A DNA stretch of 64,000 nt from an uncultured delta proteobacterium. GTDB taxonomy: Bacteria > Desulfobacterota > Binatia > Binatales > Binataceae. The notes under the pieces are model-generated. The model was not told the DNA's origin and searched no databases. It worked only from the letters and a program-made list of their open reading frames with translations. The position numbers and the translations under genes were made by a program. The first letter of the stretch is position 1. Each line of letters begins with the position of its first letter. The stretch is from positions 1,504,001-1,568,000 of the forward strand of contig CAWCDG010000004.1 in the NCBI GenBank assembly GCA_963794325.1, in the 5' to 3' direction. Positions 9,387-20,084 of this stretch are shown here, one piece after another.

Positions 9387-10175
9387 CTACTTGCAGACGA
9401 ATTTGCCGGGACGCCTCTCTGCTACTGCTTTGACGCCTTCGCGATGATCCTCGGTGCGGAACAGCCACGACTGTTCCTTGAACTCGTGATCGGTTTGCGC
9501 TTTGACCGCGTCGGCGAGGCCCTGGCGGATAGTCCCTCGCGTCGATAGCAGTGCGAGCGGCGCGCCTCCGGCGATTTCTTCCGCGAGCGAGAGCGCGGCG
9601 TCGCGCAGGTCCTCCGAGTCCACGAGTTGATCGCACAGCCCCCATTCCAGCGCCTCCGTACCTTCTATCCGGCGGCCCGTGAGGAACATCAGGCTGGCTT
9701 TTTGCACGCCGATTAAACGCGGGAGCGTGTAGGTCAGGCCGAAGCCGGGATGGATGCCGATCTTCACGAAGTTGGCAGCGAAGCGCGCGTCGGGAGTTGC
9801 TACGCGGAAGTCGGCGACCAGCGCGAGTCCCAATCCTCCGCCGATTGCGGGTCCTTGTATCGCGGCGATGACCGGCTTTTTGCATCGGAACAATCGCACG
9901 CCCTCGACGTACAACGGATTCTCGCCAGTGCGCGCCGGCGCCTCGCCGCTTTGCGCATCGCGATTCGCAAAGTTCGCGCCTGCGCAAAATGACTTGCCGT
10001 CCGAGCAGAGCATCAGCGCACGGCACTCAGTCTCATTGTCGAGCGCCTCGAACGCATCGGCCAGATCGTGAATCAGCTTGAAGTCGAAGAAATTGTGCGG
10101 CGGCCGGTGAATCTCGAGGGTCGCCACATTGCCGTCGAGCGCGACCGATACGTCGCCATACTTTGCTTCCAACAT
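9387..10175 (-). CDS. Enoyl-CoA hydratase/isomerase (crotonase) family protein
   Basis: FCAGAN, KPVIAAIQGPAIGGG and EKRP-type C-terminus (AERRPGKF). Confidence 0.92.
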   Translation of the reverse strand: MLEAKYGDVSVALDGNVATLEIHRPPHNFFDFKLIHDLADAFEALDNETECRALMLCSDGKSFCAGANFANRDAQSGEAPARTGENPLYVEGVRLFRCKKPVIAAIQGPAIGGGLGLALVADFRVATPDARFAANFVKIGIHPGFGLTYTLPRLIGVQKASLMFLTGRRIEGTEALEWGLCDQLVDSEDLRDAALSLAEEIAGGAPLALLSTRGTIRQGLADAVKAQTDHEFKEQSWLFRTEDHREGVKAVAERRPGKFVCK

Positions 10176-10443
10176 TAGATGCTCCCTGATGCGCCTATAG
10201 CCTGAACTCGTGCAAGCTGCTACAAGGTTATAGTTCGAACGTCAAGGAAGACACGCACGATGATAGCCAATATCGAAAGGACCCGGGGAACCTCCCGTGG
10301 TGGTGTGTCTGCGACGTTCGGTCATCATTGACTCGATAGCATAATAAGAACGCGAAAGACGGCCACGGGTGTTAAGTGAAAACACTCCGTGGCCGTTTTG
10401 TTTTTTGGAGATGAAAACGCGCGCGTTAAAGGCAGGTAATTCA

Positions 10444-11184
10444 ATGCTGGTAGAAGTTGAAAATTTGACTAAGACGTTCGACGAATTTCGCGCTGTCGAT
10501 GACGTCAGCTTCGGAATCGAGCGCGGCGAGATCATCGGGATGCTTGGGCCCAACGGCGCCGGCAAGACCACGACGATTCATATGATTCTCGGGTTGATCA
10601 CGCCGACCTCGGGACGCATCAGCATTTTCGGGAAGTCGATGGCGACGCATCGCGGCGAAATCCTCGAGCGGATGAATTTCACCTCGCCGTACGTCGCGTT
10701 TCCATGGCGGCTGACGGTGCTCGAGAACCTGAAGGTCTTCGCGCGCATCTACAACCTGAAAAAGCCGCGCGAGCGAATCGACCAGCTGCTCGAGCAGTTC
10801 GGCATCACCAAGCTGCGCGACAAGGCGGTCGCGCGTCTGTCGTCGGGCGAGAATACGCGCGTCGGACTGTGCAAGGCGTTCATGAACGATCCGGAACTCC
10901 TGCTGCTCGACGAGCCGACGGCGTATCTCGATCCGGAGGTCTCGTGGCAGGTGAAGAATGCGCTGCTCGACGCGCAACGCGAAAAGGGAACGACGATTCT
11001 GTACACGTCGCACAACATGGCCGAGGTCGAGCGGATGTGTAAGCGGATCGTTTTTCTCCATCACGGGAAAGTGATCGCCGTGGGCAGTCCGATCGAAATC
11101 ACGCAGGCGCTTCTCGAAGAAGAACGCGAAGAACCCGCGCTCGAGGAAGTCTTCCTGCGCGTGGTCAAAGGCAAGGCAGCATGA
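10444..11184 (+). CDS. ABC transporter ATP-binding protein (ABC-2/DrrA-like)
   Basis: Walker A GPNGAGKT, signature LSSGE, Walker B LLLLDEPT, H-loop TSH. Confidence 0.93.
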   Translation: MLVEVENLTKTFDEFRAVDDVSFGIERGEIIGMLGPNGAGKTTTIHMILGLITPTSGRISIFGKSMATHRGEILERMNFTSPYVAFPWRLTVLENLKVFARIYNLKKPRERIDQLLEQFGITKLRDKAVARLSSGENTRVGLCKAFMNDPELLLLDEPTAYLDPEVSWQVKNALLDAQREKGTTILYTSHNMAEVERMCKRIVFLHHGKVIAVGSPIEITQALLEEEREEPALEEVFLRVVKGKAA

Positions 11185-11969
11185 AGTTACATCGCATCAA
11201 CGCCGTCATCGAGCGGCATTTATATGAATCGCGGCGCAACTTCGATCGCGTCGTCGATATGATCTGGTGGCCGGTGCTCGACATCGTCATGTGGGGCTTC
11301 TTCACGGTTTACCTGGCGCACAGCAACCGTCTGCAGCCGAATGTAGTTAGCTGTCTGCTCGGCGGAATAATTCTGTGGGGAACCTTCTACAGCTTTCAGC
11401 GCGACATGGCGGTCGGATTCATCGACGAACTATGGTGCCGCAACCTCATCAACCTGTTCTCGACGCCGTTGACGCTGGCTGAATACATGGCGGGCCTCCT
11501 GACGGTGTGCCTGATGAAGGTGATGGTCGGACTGATTGCCGCATCGGCGATCGCATGGGCGGCGTACTCATTCGACATCATTCCGTGGCTGCCGACGTTC
11601 ATTCCCTACATGGCAAACCTGTTGTTCTTCGCGCTGGCGATCGGAATCGCGATCACCGGCATGATCTTTCGCTACACGACCAAAGTGCAGGCGCTGGCGT
11701 GGGGCTTCGCGGGTCTGCTGATGCCGGTATCGTGCGTCATGTATCCGATGTCGTCGCTGCCGCATTGGCTTCAGGGCATCGCGTGGGTGATGCCGACAGC
11801 GCATTCGTTCGAAGGGATGCGCGGCATTCTCAATGGCCAGGGATTTTCCCCGATGCATTTCTGGTGGGGCGTCGGGTTGAACGTCGTATATTTCGCGGTG
11901 GCGATCGTTTTCTTCGGCTGGATTTACGAGAAGGCGCGCAACCGGGGCTTGTTGGTCAAGCAGGAATAG
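11181..11969 (+). CDS. ABC-2 type transporter permease
   Basis: About six TM segments; ATGA overlap with the ATPase gene. Confidence 0.9.
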   Translation: MKLHRINAVIERHLYESRRNFDRVVDMIWWPVLDIVMWGFFTVYLAHSNRLQPNVVSCLLGGIILWGTFYSFQRDMAVGFIDELWCRNLINLFSTPLTLAEYMAGLLTVCLMKVMVGLIAASAIAWAAYSFDIIPWLPTFIPYMANLLFFALAIGIAITGMIFRYTTKVQALAWGFAGLLMPVSCVMYPMSSLPHWLQGIAWVMPTAHSFEGMRGILNGQGFSPMHFWWGVGLNVVYFAVAIVFFGWIYEKARNRGLLVKQE

Positions 11970-11975
11970 CCGCGA

Positions 11976-12031
11976 TGCGCCATTGCATTTCAATGAAATT
12001 TGCATCGAACGGCACGATGCATTTTGAAATG
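11976..12031. promoter_or_regulatory. Putative upstream activator sites for an NtrC-family activator
   Basis: AT-rich imperfect inverted repeat CATTTCAA..TGCATCG / CGATGCA..TTGAAATG with TGAA-N3-TGCA and TGCA-N3-TGAA units, about 50-100 bp upstream of a -24/-12 element. Confidence 0.55.
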
Positions 12032-12080
12032 TCGCCTTATCAAAAGATCCAAAAAGCCTTATGGAACGGGCGTTTCCGCG

Positions 12081-12097
12081 TTGGCACGCGCGGTGCT
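12081..12097 (+). promoter_or_regulatory. Sigma54 (-24/-12) promoter of the kdp operon
   Basis: TTGGCACGCGCGGTGCT: TGGCACG core with exact GG-N10-GC spacing; the operon encodes a GAFTGA activator. Confidence 0.8.
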
Positions 12098-12140
12098 GTT
12101 ACCCCTGTCGGAAGGAATCCGACGGAGGCTGACACATCCA

Positions 12141-12482
12141 ATGAAACCTGGAATCGAAACCAAGACGCCGCACCTGTTTGCGATCAAAGTCCTCGACAAA
12201 CTTCCCGGCCTCTTCAAGCCTCGCCGGTACCTTTATCATTGCGTGCGCTGCAAGTGGTCGTTCGTCGTCAACGACGGACGCCGCGGCGCGCTAAAGCCGA
12301 TCCCGGACAACGGCACGCCCCTGACGCGTGACGAAGTCGTCGCACGCGCCGAAACATTCGCGGCCGGCCCATGCCCTGCGATGCGAGTGGTGGCGGAGGC
12401 GCACTTGCACCTAAACGGATCGAACGGCCACGCTCCCGCTCATGCCGAAACCCCGGCGCGTTTTGATCTGGGTTCGCGCTGA
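12141..12482 (+). CDS. Hypothetical CxxC-containing protein (113 aa), first gene of the kdp transcript
   Basis: GGAGG at 12124, ATG at 12141; YHCVRCKWSF and GPCP motifs. Confidence 0.65.
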   Translation: MKPGIETKTPHLFAIKVLDKLPGLFKPRRYLYHCVRCKWSFVVNDGRRGALKPIPDNGTPLTRDEVVARAETFAAGPCPAMRVVAEAHLHLNGSNGHAPAHAETPARFDLGSR

Positions 12483-12520
12483 CTACTGCACTAAACTTTT
12501 TTCACAGACTGGAGACCTGT

Positions 12521-12604
12521 ATGTGGGATTTGATCTCAATTCTCGCCAGCATCGCCTTTTTCGTAATCGCGATCGAATACGTTCGGGGGTGCGACAACCT
12601 ATGA
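12521..12604 (+). CDS. Small single-TM peptide upstream of kdpF (27 aa, MWDLISILASIAFFVIAIEYVRGCDNL)
   Basis: GGAG RBS at 12511; hydrophobic helix; its stop overlaps the kdpF start (ATGA). Absent from the ORF track. Confidence 0.75.
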   Translation: MWDLISILASIAFFVIAIEYVRGCDNL

Positions 12605-12693
12605 GCCCGGTTGAAACTGTACTCGGTGGAGTCTGCGCGCTCTTGCTGGGCGCCTACTTGATTTACGCACTGATCCGCCCCGAACGATTCTAA
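12601..12693 (+). CDS. kdpF: K+-transporting ATPase subunit F
   Basis: 30 aa MSPVETVLGGVCALLLGAYLIYALIRPERF with the canonical YL.YAL..PE.F ending, directly before kdpA. Confidence 0.9.
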   Translation: MSPVETVLGGVCALLLGAYLIYALIRPERF

Positions 12694-12718
12694 GTCCTGC
12701 TAGCCGGTAAATTACTAC

Positions 12719-14446
12719 ATGCTATCCAATTCCATTATTCAGCTCGCTGTCTATTTCATTCTCGTGACGGCGATCAGCGTGCCGCTCGGTCTGTACATGG
12801 CGCGAGTGTTCTCCAATGAGCGCACCTTTTTGGACCCGGTGCTCTCACCGATCGAGAGATCGATCTACCGGATTTGCGGGATCGACCCTCGCGCCGAGAC
12901 GGGCTGGGCGGCATATTCGATCGCGATGCTCGCGTTCAGCTTGATCTCGATGATCTTTCTGTACGCGCTGCAGCGGCTCCAATATTACCTGCCGCTGAAC
13001 CCGCAGGGACTCGCTGGTGTTCCGCCAGGCCTGGCCTTCAACACGGCCGCCAGCTTCACGACCAATACCAACTGGCAGGCATACTCGGGCGAGCAGACGC
13101 TGAGTTATCTGACGCAGATGGTCGGGCTGACCTCGCACAATTTTCTATCGGCCGCAGCCGGAATCGCGATGGCGGCGGCGGTGATTCGCGGGTTCGCGCG
13201 CCGCAGTGCCAGGACCATCGGTAATTTCTGGGTCGATCTCACGCGTACGACGCTGTGGGTGCTGCTGCCAATCTCCATTATCTTCGCGTTGGTCCTTGTC
13301 TGGCAGGGCGTTCCTGACAATTTCAGTCCGTACGTGAACGCGAAGACGCTCGAGGGCGCATCGCAAACGATAGCCGAAGGGCCGGTCGCGTCACAGGAAA
13401 TTATCAAGGAGCTCGGCACCAACGGCGGCGGCTTCATGAACTCGAACTCGTCGCATCCGTATGAGAATCCGACGCCGATTACCAACCTGCTCGAGATGCT
13501 CGCGATTTTTTCGATTGGCGCGGGCCTGACTCACACCTTCGGCAAGATGGTCGGCGATCGCCGCCAAGGATGGGCGCTGTTCGCAGTGATGGGAATTCTT
13601 TTCCTCGCGGGCGCGGCGCCGGCAATTTGGGCCGAGCAACACGGTAATCCACAATTCGCAATGATGGGACTCGACCAGCATGCCTCCGCGACGCAAAGCG
13701 GCGGCAACATGGAGGGCAAGGAGACCCGTTTCGGAATCGTCGAGTCCGCGATGTGGGCGACCGTTACCACCGACACTTCGTGCGGCGCCGTCAACTCGAT
13801 GCACGACAGCTACACGCCGCTCGGCGGGCTGGTGCCTCTAATCAACATGCAGCTCGGCGAGGTGATCTTCGGCGGCGTCGGCTCGGGACTTTACGGGATC
13901 ATCGTGATGGCGGTGCTGGCGGTGTTCATCGCGGGCCTGATGGTCGGTCGGACGCCTGAGTATCTCGGGAAGAAAATTGAAGCTCGCGAGATGAAGCTCG
14001 CGATGCTCTACGTGCTGATTTTCCCGGCCGTCATCCTGATCCCAAGCGCGATCGGAGTGGTCATTCCCGCGGGCACCTCGAGCATGTCCAATCCCGGGCC
14101 GCACGGATTGTCCCAGGTGCTCTACGCGTTCACCGAGGCGGGCGCGAACAACGGCTCCGCATTCGCAGGACTCAACGCCAACGTGCCCTTCTACAACGTG
14201 ACGATGGCGATTGTGATGCTGCTCGGCCGATTCATGATGGCGATTCCCGCGCTCGCGATCGCCGGCTCGGTCGCCGCCAAGAAAACTACCGCCGCCAGCG
14301 CCGGGACGTTCCCGACCGACGGCATTCCGTTCGTGTTCCTGCTGATTGGCGTAATCCTGATCGTCGGCGCGCTGACGTTCTTCTGCGCCGATGCGCTCGG
14401 ACCCATTGTCGAACAATTGCTGATGATGGCCGGGAAACTCTTCTAG
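12719..14446 (+). CDS. kdpA: K+-transporting ATPase subunit A
   Basis: [28 protein letters not shown] and NNGSAFAGL selectivity-filter motifs. Confidence 0.98.
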   Translation: MLSNSIIQLAVYFILVTAISVPLGLYMARVFSNERTFLDPVLSPIERSIYRICGIDPRAETGWAAYSIAMLAFSLISMIFLYALQRLQYYLPLNPQGLAGVPPGLAFNTAASFTTNTNWQAYSGEQTLSYLTQMVGLTSHNFLSAAAGIAMAAAVIRGFARRSARTIGNFWVDLTRTTLWVLLPISIIFALVLVWQGVPDNFSPYVNAKTLEGASQTIAEGPVASQEIIKELGTNGGGFMNSNSSHPYENPTPITNLLEMLAIFSIGAGLTHTFGKMVGDRRQGWALFAVMGILFLAGAAPAIWAEQHGNPQFAMMGLDQHASATQSGGNMEGKETRFGIVESAMWATVTTDTSCGAVNSMHDSYTPLGGLVPLINMQLGEVIFGGVGSGLYGIIVMAVLAVFIAGLMVGRTPEYLGKKIEAREMKLAMLYVLIFPAVILIPSAIGVVIPAGTSSMSNPGPHGLSQVLYAFTEAGANNGSAFAGLNANVPFYNVTMAIVMLLGRFMMAIPALAIAGSVAAKKTTAASAGTFPTDGIPFVFLLIGVILIVGALTFFCADALGPIVEQLLMMAGKLF

Positions 14447-14462
14447 GTCTGGTGTCCCAACT

Positions 14463-16505
14463 ATGAGTGATCGCAAGGCTCCCGCTCTCTGGAATCGCGA
14501 AATCGTCTCGCGCGCGTCGATCGAATCGTTTACCAAGCTCGACCCGCGCCTGATGATCAAAAATCCGGTGATGTTCGTGGTCGAAGTGACCAGCGTCATG
14601 GTTATGTTCACGCTGTTTCGCGACATCCTGGCTCACAAGACGGTGCTGGCGGGATTTGAATTTCAAATCGCGCTGTGGCTGTGGTTCACCGTCCTTTTTG
14701 CGAACTTCGCCGAGGCAATGGCGGAAGGTCGCGGCAAGGCACAGGCCGAAAATCTGCGCAAGACTCGCACTGAAACCCAGGCCAAGCTGATCGGCGCCGA
14801 TGGCCAGACGAAACTCGTGCCGGCCGCGCAGCTCCGCCGTGGCGACATCGTGATGGTAGCGGCGGGCGACGTAATTCCCGGCGACGGCGAAGTGATCGAG
14901 GGCATCGCCGCAGTCAACGAAGCTGCTATCACCGGAGAATCCGCACCGGTCATTCGCGAAAGCGGCGGCGATCGCAGCGGCGTCACCGGCGGGACCACCG
15001 TCATCTCCGACTGGATCAAGGTGAAGATCACCGCCAATCCCGGCGAGACCTTCCTCGATCGCATGATTGCGCTGGTCGAAGGTGCGCAGCGTCAAAAGAC
15101 CCCCAACGAAATCGCCTTGAGCATCCTGCTGTCCGGCCTCACGATCGTCTTTTTGCTCGTCGTCGTCACGCTCTATCCGTACGGGCTGTACGGCGGGACT
15201 AAGCTGAGTCTGCCAGTGCTGGTGTCGCTGCTGGTGTGCCTGATTCCGACGACGATCGGAGGATTGCTCTCGGCGATCGGAATCGCGGGGATGGATCGGC
15301 TTGTGCAGCACAACGTGCTCGCGATGTCGGGGCGCTCGGTCGAGGCGGCCGGCGATGTAGATACGCTGCTGCTCGACAAGACCGGAACTATCACTCTGGG
15401 AAACCGGATGGCCGCGGAGTTCATTCCAGTGCAAGGCGTGGAACCGCTCGAACTTGCCGAGGCCGCGCAGCTCGCGTCGCTGGCGGATGAGACACCGGAA
15501 GGACGCTCGATCGTCGTACTGGCCAAGCGCGAATTTAACCTGCGCGGCCGCGAGCTCGGCGAGGACGGCGCCACCTTTATACCGTTCTCCGCGCAAACCA
15601 GGATGAGCGGCGTGGACATCGGCGGCCGTCGAATCCGCAAGGGCGCCGCCGATCAGGTCGCAAATTTCGTCAAGGAAAACAACGGCATGCCGCCGACCGA
15701 CTTGCAGGCAATCGTCGAGCGCATCGCACGCAGCGGCGGAACTCCGCTGGTGGTCGCCGACGAGTCGAAGGCGCTTGGCGTGATTTATTTGAAAGACGTG
15801 GTCAAGGAAGGAATCCGCGAACGCTTCGAGCGCCTGCGCGCCATGGGTTTGCGCACCGTCATGATTACCGGCGACAATCCGCTGACCGCCGCCGCGATCG
15901 CCAAGGAATCCGGCGTCGACGATTTTCTGGCCGAGGCAACTCCCGAAACCAAGCTGCGGCTGATTCGCGAGGAGCAGAATCAGGGCAAGCTGGTCGCAAT
16001 GATTGGCGACGGCACCAACGACGCGCCCGCGCTCGCGCAGGCTGACGTGGGAATCGCGATGAACGCGGGCACCCAGGCCGCGCGCGAGGCCGGCAACATG
16101 ATCGATCTCGACTCGAATCCAACCAAGGTGATGGAGGTGGTCGAGATCGGCAAGCAGCTTCTAATGACCCGCGGCGCGCTGACGACCTTCTCCATCGCCA
16201 ACGACGTCGCCAAGTACTTCGCAATTATCCCCGCGCTGTTCATCGTCGAGTATCCAGAACTGCAGCGGCTCAACGTGATGCATCTGGCGACCCCGCAGAG
16301 CGCGATTCTGTCGGCGGTAATTTTCAACGCGCTGATTATCATCGCGTTGATTCCGCTGGCGCTGCGTGGCGTGCAATACCGTCCGGTCGGTGCGGCCGCG
16401 ATTCTGACTCGCAATCTTTTTATCTATGGATTCGGCGGCGTGATTATTCCGTTCATCGGCATCAAGGCCATCGACATCATGATCGCCGCGCTCCATCTCG
16501 CTTGA
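14463..16505 (+). CDS. kdpB: K+-transporting P-type ATPase subunit B
   Basis: TGES, DKTGT, KGA and [10 protein letters not shown] motifs; NPVMFVVE N-terminus. Confidence 0.98.
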   Translation: MSDRKAPALWNREIVSRASIESFTKLDPRLMIKNPVMFVVEVTSVMVMFTLFRDILAHKTVLAGFEFQIALWLWFTVLFANFAEAMAEGRGKAQAENLRKTRTETQAKLIGADGQTKLVPAAQLRRGDIVMVAAGDVIPGDGEVIEGIAAVNEAAITGESAPVIRESGGDRSGVTGGTTVISDWIKVKITANPGETFLDRMIALVEGAQRQKTPNEIALSILLSGLTIVFLLVVVTLYPYGLYGGTKLSLPVLVSLLVCLIPTTIGGLLSAIGIAGMDRLVQHNVLAMSGRSVEAAGDVDTLLLDKTGTITLGNRMAAEFIPVQGVEPLELAEAAQLASLADETPEGRSIVVLAKREFNLRGRELGEDGATFIPFSAQTRMSGVDIGGRRIRKGAADQVANFVKENNGMPPTDLQAIVERIARSGGTPLVVADESKALGVIYLKDVVKEGIRERFERLRAMGLRTVMITGDNPLTAAAIAKESGVDDFLAEATPETKLRLIREEQNQGKLVAMIGDGTNDAPALAQADVGIAMNAGTQAAREAGNMIDLDSNPTKVMEVVEIGKQLLMTRGALTTFSIANDVAKYFAIIPALFIVEYPELQRLNVMHLATPQSAILSAVIFNALIIIALIPLALRGVQYRPVGAAAILTRNLFIYGFGGVIIPFIGIKAIDIMIAALHLA

Positions 16506-16515
16506 GGTGTTTTCA

Positions 16516-17139
16516 GTGAAGACGTTCAAGACTGCTCTGCTAGCTACCGCGGTGCTCACCATCATCACCGGCATCATCTATCCGTTGGCGATGTGGGGAA
16601 TCGCGCAGGTGATTTTCCCGAGTCAGGCTGGCGGCAGCCTCGTCGTCGCCGGCAACAAGGTCGTCGGCTCGAGCCTTATCGGCCAGAATTTTGCATCGCC
16701 GCGCTACTTCCAGGGCCGACCCTCCGCCGCTGGTGACAAGGGCTACGCCGCCGACAACTCCGGCGGCTCGAATCTGGGCCCGACCAACAAGGCGCTGATC
16801 GACGCGGTCAAGTTGCGGCTGAAAAACTTCGTCGAAAGTAATCCCGGCACCGACCCACACCAGGTTCCAGTTGACCTGGTCACGGCTTCAGGCAGCGGGC
16901 TGGATCCCGAGATAAGTCCGGCGGCGGCCGACCTGCAAATTCCACGTGTTGCTCACGCGCGCGGTCTGAGCGAAGATCAGGTGCGGCAGTTGATCGCTGA
17001 AAACACGCGGCCGCGATCGGCGGGGATCTTCGGGGAGCCGGGGGTGAACGTACTGTTGCTGAACCTGGCCCTCGATCGCACCACTGGTAGTCATGCTGCG
17101 CGCGCCGCGGGAAGTCATGCTAGAACTCCCGGGACTTGA
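16516..17139 (+). CDS. kdpC: K+-transporting ATPase subunit C
   Basis: GSSLIGQNF, RPSA, SGGSNLGP and ASGSGLDPEIS motifs; GAGGTG RBS favours GTG 16516. Confidence 0.96.
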   Translation: MKTFKTALLATAVLTIITGIIYPLAMWGIAQVIFPSQAGGSLVVAGNKVVGSSLIGQNFASPRYFQGRPSAAGDKGYAADNSGGSNLGPTNKALIDAVKLRLKNFVESNPGTDPHQVPVDLVTASGSGLDPEISPAAADLQIPRVAHARGLSEDQVRQLIAENTRPRSAGIFGEPGVNVLLLNLALDRTTGSHAARAAGSHARTPGT

Positions 17140-18300
17140 ATGAGCGATGACAAACGACTCGAGCCCGAAGCTTTTCTCGATCTCGTGCCCCAGACTCAAC
17201 GGGGACGCCTCAAAGTCTATATTGGCGCCGCCGCCGGCGTAGGCAAGACATACCGGATGCTCGAGGAGGCGCATCAGCTCCGTGACCGGGGAGTGGATGT
17301 CGTGTTGGGCTTCGTCGAAACGCATCATCGCCGCGAGACCGAGGAGCGGATTGGCAACCTCGAGATCGTTCCGCGCAGCAAGATCAAATATCGCGACGTT
17401 GAGATCGAGGAGATGGACCTTGACGCGATCATCGCGCGCAAGCCCGACGTGGTGGTCATCGACGAGCTCGCGCATACTAACGCCCCCGGCTCGCGTCATC
17501 CAAAGCGCTACCAGGACGCCGAGGAGATCGTCGGCACCGGCATCAACGTGATCACCGCCGTCAATATCCAGCACGTCGAAAGCCTCAACGCGCTGATGCG
17601 GCGCGTCACCGGCATCGATGTGCGCGAGACGGTGCCCGATTCGTTCCTGGGGCGCGCCGATCAAATCGTCAATATCGACGTGCCGGTGGAGGCGCTGCGC
17701 GAACGGCTGCGCGAGGGCAAGATTTATCCGCGCGAGCAGATCGAAAACGCGCTCAAGAACTTTTTCAAGCCGAGCAATCTCGCGTCGCTGCGCGAACTGG
17801 CGCTGCGCGAGGTCGCACGCAGCCTCGATCGCCAGCGGCAAGTCCGCGACGAGATCAAGCTCGGCGGCGGTCACCGCACGAACGTGGTCGATCGCATCAT
17901 GGTCGGCGTCTCGTCCAACGCGTCCGACACCGGGCAGTTGCTGCGCAAGGCGTCGCGCATCGCCGGGCAGCTCAACGCCGAATGGTACGCCGTGCATATC
18001 GAGACGCCCGCCGAGTCGGTGAAAAATATCGGCACCAGCGATTTCGTCGCGCTGCTCGACAATATCAACGTGGCCAGCGACCTCGGCGCCGAAACCGTGT
18101 GGCTCAAGTCCGACGACGTGGTCAAAGCGCTGATCGATTTCGCTCACGAAAAGGGCGTGTCGAAGGTGATCGTCGGCCGGACCCATCAGCCGCGATGGCG
18201 CCGCCTGCTCAAAGGTGACGTGGTCGCGCGGCTGGTCGCCGACGCAACCGACCTCGACGTGGAAATTGTCGCGACCGACGAACGGGAGGACTCGCGATGA
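17140..18300 (+). CDS. kdpD: Stand-alone KdpD N-terminal sensor + USP domain protein (no TM or kinase domains)
   Basis: GRLKVYIGAAAGVGKTY, IDELAHTN and NIQHVESLN motifs followed by a USP domain; ends at 386 aa. Confidence 0.9.
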   Translation: MSDDKRLEPEAFLDLVPQTQRGRLKVYIGAAAGVGKTYRMLEEAHQLRDRGVDVVLGFVETHHRRETEERIGNLEIVPRSKIKYRDVEIEEMDLDAIIARKPDVVVIDELAHTNAPGSRHPKRYQDAEEIVGTGINVITAVNIQHVESLNALMRRVTGIDVRETVPDSFLGRADQIVNIDVPVEALRERLREGKIYPREQIENALKNFFKPSNLASLRELALREVARSLDRQRQVRDEIKLGGGHRTNVVDRIMVGVSSNASDTGQLLRKASRIAGQLNAEWYAVHIETPAESVKNIGTSDFVALLDNINVASDLGAETVWLKSDDVVKALIDFAHEKGVSKVIVGRTHQPRWRRLLKGDVVARLVADATDLDVEIVATDEREDSR

Positions 18301-20084
18301 ACGCACCTTCGTTGCAGCGCCGAATCCGCAACGGCACGTTGCTGATGCTGGCATTGGTCGTTCTGCTCGGGCTCTACACGCTGCCGCGGGTGTATCGGCT
18401 CGGCGGTGCGATCCGGCAGACGCTCTATAAGAACTACGTCAGCATCGAAGCTGCCCAGAACATGCATGCCGCGCTCAATACGCTGCAGGTGGCCGATCAC
18501 GACGGCAAAGCCAAAGACAGTCTGCCCGGCGCACGGCACGATTTTCTGCAGTGGGACGACGTCGAGAATCACAACTTTACCGAAGTCGGAGAGCCTGACC
18601 TCGCCGCCGATATCACCAGGCGCGCAAACCAACTGTTCGCCGACGTCGCGGCGGCGCCGCCCGGCAGTTATCAGGATCGCGAATTCGCCGAACTGCACGG
18701 CCGCCTCGACGATCTGATCGCGATGAACAAGGCTGCGATGTTTCGCGCGGACAGCCGCTCGGTCCAGTTGGGCAAGCATCTCGCTTACGAGTTCGCCGGC
18801 GGCCTCGTGCTAGTGCTTCTGGTAGGCGCCGCGGTGTCGTGGGGACTCGGATGGCGGCTCTCAAAGCCATTGACCGAGCTCACTGAGCGGCTGCGCGGAA
18901 TCAGCCAGCGCAAGTCACAGGTGCGGCTCGGACCCCAGCCACTTGCTGAACTGGAAGCGGTGGCTCGCGAATTCAACCAGATGGCCGAGCGGCTCGAGCA
19001 GTATGACAAGCTCAACGTCGAGCGGCTGGTCTATGAGAAGAGCAAGACCGAGGCGATCATCGAGAGCCTCGAAGACGGCGTCGTGCTGATCGACACCGAA
19101 GGAATCGTCGCGCACATAAATGAGATCGCGTCGCTGATCCTCGGCGTCGATCTCCAGGACGCACTCGGCAGCCCGTTCGACGATCTCAGCAGCAATCATC
19201 CTCACTACCTGCGGGTTCGCGATGCGTTGCGCACCTTGCAGAGGGCCGGCCCCGAAGGTCATCGCACCGAAATCGATCTTCACGTTCGCGGCCGCGAGCA
19301 CTCTTACGTGCTGAAGCCGGTGCCGCTCCATCATACGGTCGGCAAATCGCTCGGCACGCTGCTGATTCTGCAGGACGTGACCTACATCCGCGATCAGGAT
19401 CGCGCCCGCACCAACCTGGTCGCCACGCTGTCGCATGAACTCAGGACGCCGCTCACGTCGCTTGCGCTTTCGGCGGAGTTGCTGAGCCGCGAGGACGTCG
19501 ACCGCAACGCGAAGAGCGGCGAGTTGCTGCAAGTGATCCTCGAGGAATGTACGCGGATGCGTCAGCTTACCGACAACCTGCTCAACCTTGCGCGCGGCGA
19601 GGTGCCCGCGATCGCGGTCCGGCAGAAGCGGCTCGATCTGGCGCGGCTGGCGTCCGACGTCACCCGCCGGTTCGCGATCCAGGCGCGGGAAAAGCACGTC
19701 GAGATCGAGGAGCACATCGGATCGGTGCCCGAGATTATCGGTGACCCGGTCAAGCTCTCGTGGGTGATTTCGAACCTGCTGGGCAACGCGTTGCGCTACA
19801 CTCCCGCCGGCGGAACGATCAACGTCTCGGCGCGCGGCACCGATCAGGTCACGCGGCTGGAAGTTACAGACTCAGGCCCAGGCATACCCGCCGACATGAA
19901 AGATTATATTTTCGAACGCTTCGTGCAGTACGGTTCGGATGGCTTCGAGAAGGGATCGGCCGGGCTGGGTTTGTCGATCGTCAAGGAAATCGTCGAGGCC
20001 CACGGCGGCAGGATCTTCGTCGAGAACGCCAACTCACATGGTGCGCGGTTCATCGTCGAAATTCCCGCCGCGCAGGAGATTTGA
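18297..20084 (+). CDS. Sensor histidine kinase (2TM-periplasmic domain-HAMP-PAS-HisKA-HATPase)
   Basis: SHELRTPLT H-box, NLLGNALRY N-box, DSGPGIP and GLGLSIVK G-boxes. Confidence 0.93.
   Translation: MNAPSLQRRIRNGTLLMLALVVLLGLYTLPRVYRLGGAIRQTLYKNYVSIEAAQNMHAALNTLQVADHDGKAKDSLPGARHDFLQWDDVENHNFTEVGEPDLAADITRRANQLFADVAAAPPGSYQDREFAELHGRLDDLIAMNKAAMFRADSRSVQLGKHLAYEFAGGLVLVLLVGAAVSWGLGWRLSKPLTELTERLRGISQRKSQVRLGPQPLAELEAVAREFNQMAERLEQYDKLNVERLVYEKSKTEAIIESLEDGVVLIDTEGIVAHINEIASLILGVDLQDALGSPFDDLSSNHPHYLRVRDALRTLQRAGPEGHRTEIDLHVRGREHSYVLKPVPLHHTVGKSLGTLLILQDVTYIRDQDRARTNLVATLSHELRTPLTSLALSAELLSREDVDRNAKSGELLQVILEECTRMRQLTDNLLNLARGEVPAIAVRQKRLDLARLASDVTRRFAIQAREKHVEIEEHIGSVPEIIGDPVKLSWVISNLLGNALRYTPAGGTINVSARGTDQVTRLEVTDSGPGIPADMKDYIFERFVQYGSDGFEKGSAGLGLSIVKEIVEAHGGRIFVENANSHGARFIVEIPAAQEI

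Noticed and set aside
9376-9396. 10-bp imperfect duplication CTA(T/C)TTGCAG at the crotonase stop
   Set aside because: Too short to distinguish from chance or local slippage, although reminiscent of the 21402/21792 duplication.
12038-12050. IHF site between enhancer and sigma54 promoter
   Set aside because: TATCAA is present but the TTR half of WATCAA-N4-TTR is missing; too weak to call.
12098-12140. c-di-AMP (ydaO) riboswitch upstream of kdp
   Set aside because: The leader after the sigma54 promoter is too short and lacks recognisable ydaO motifs.
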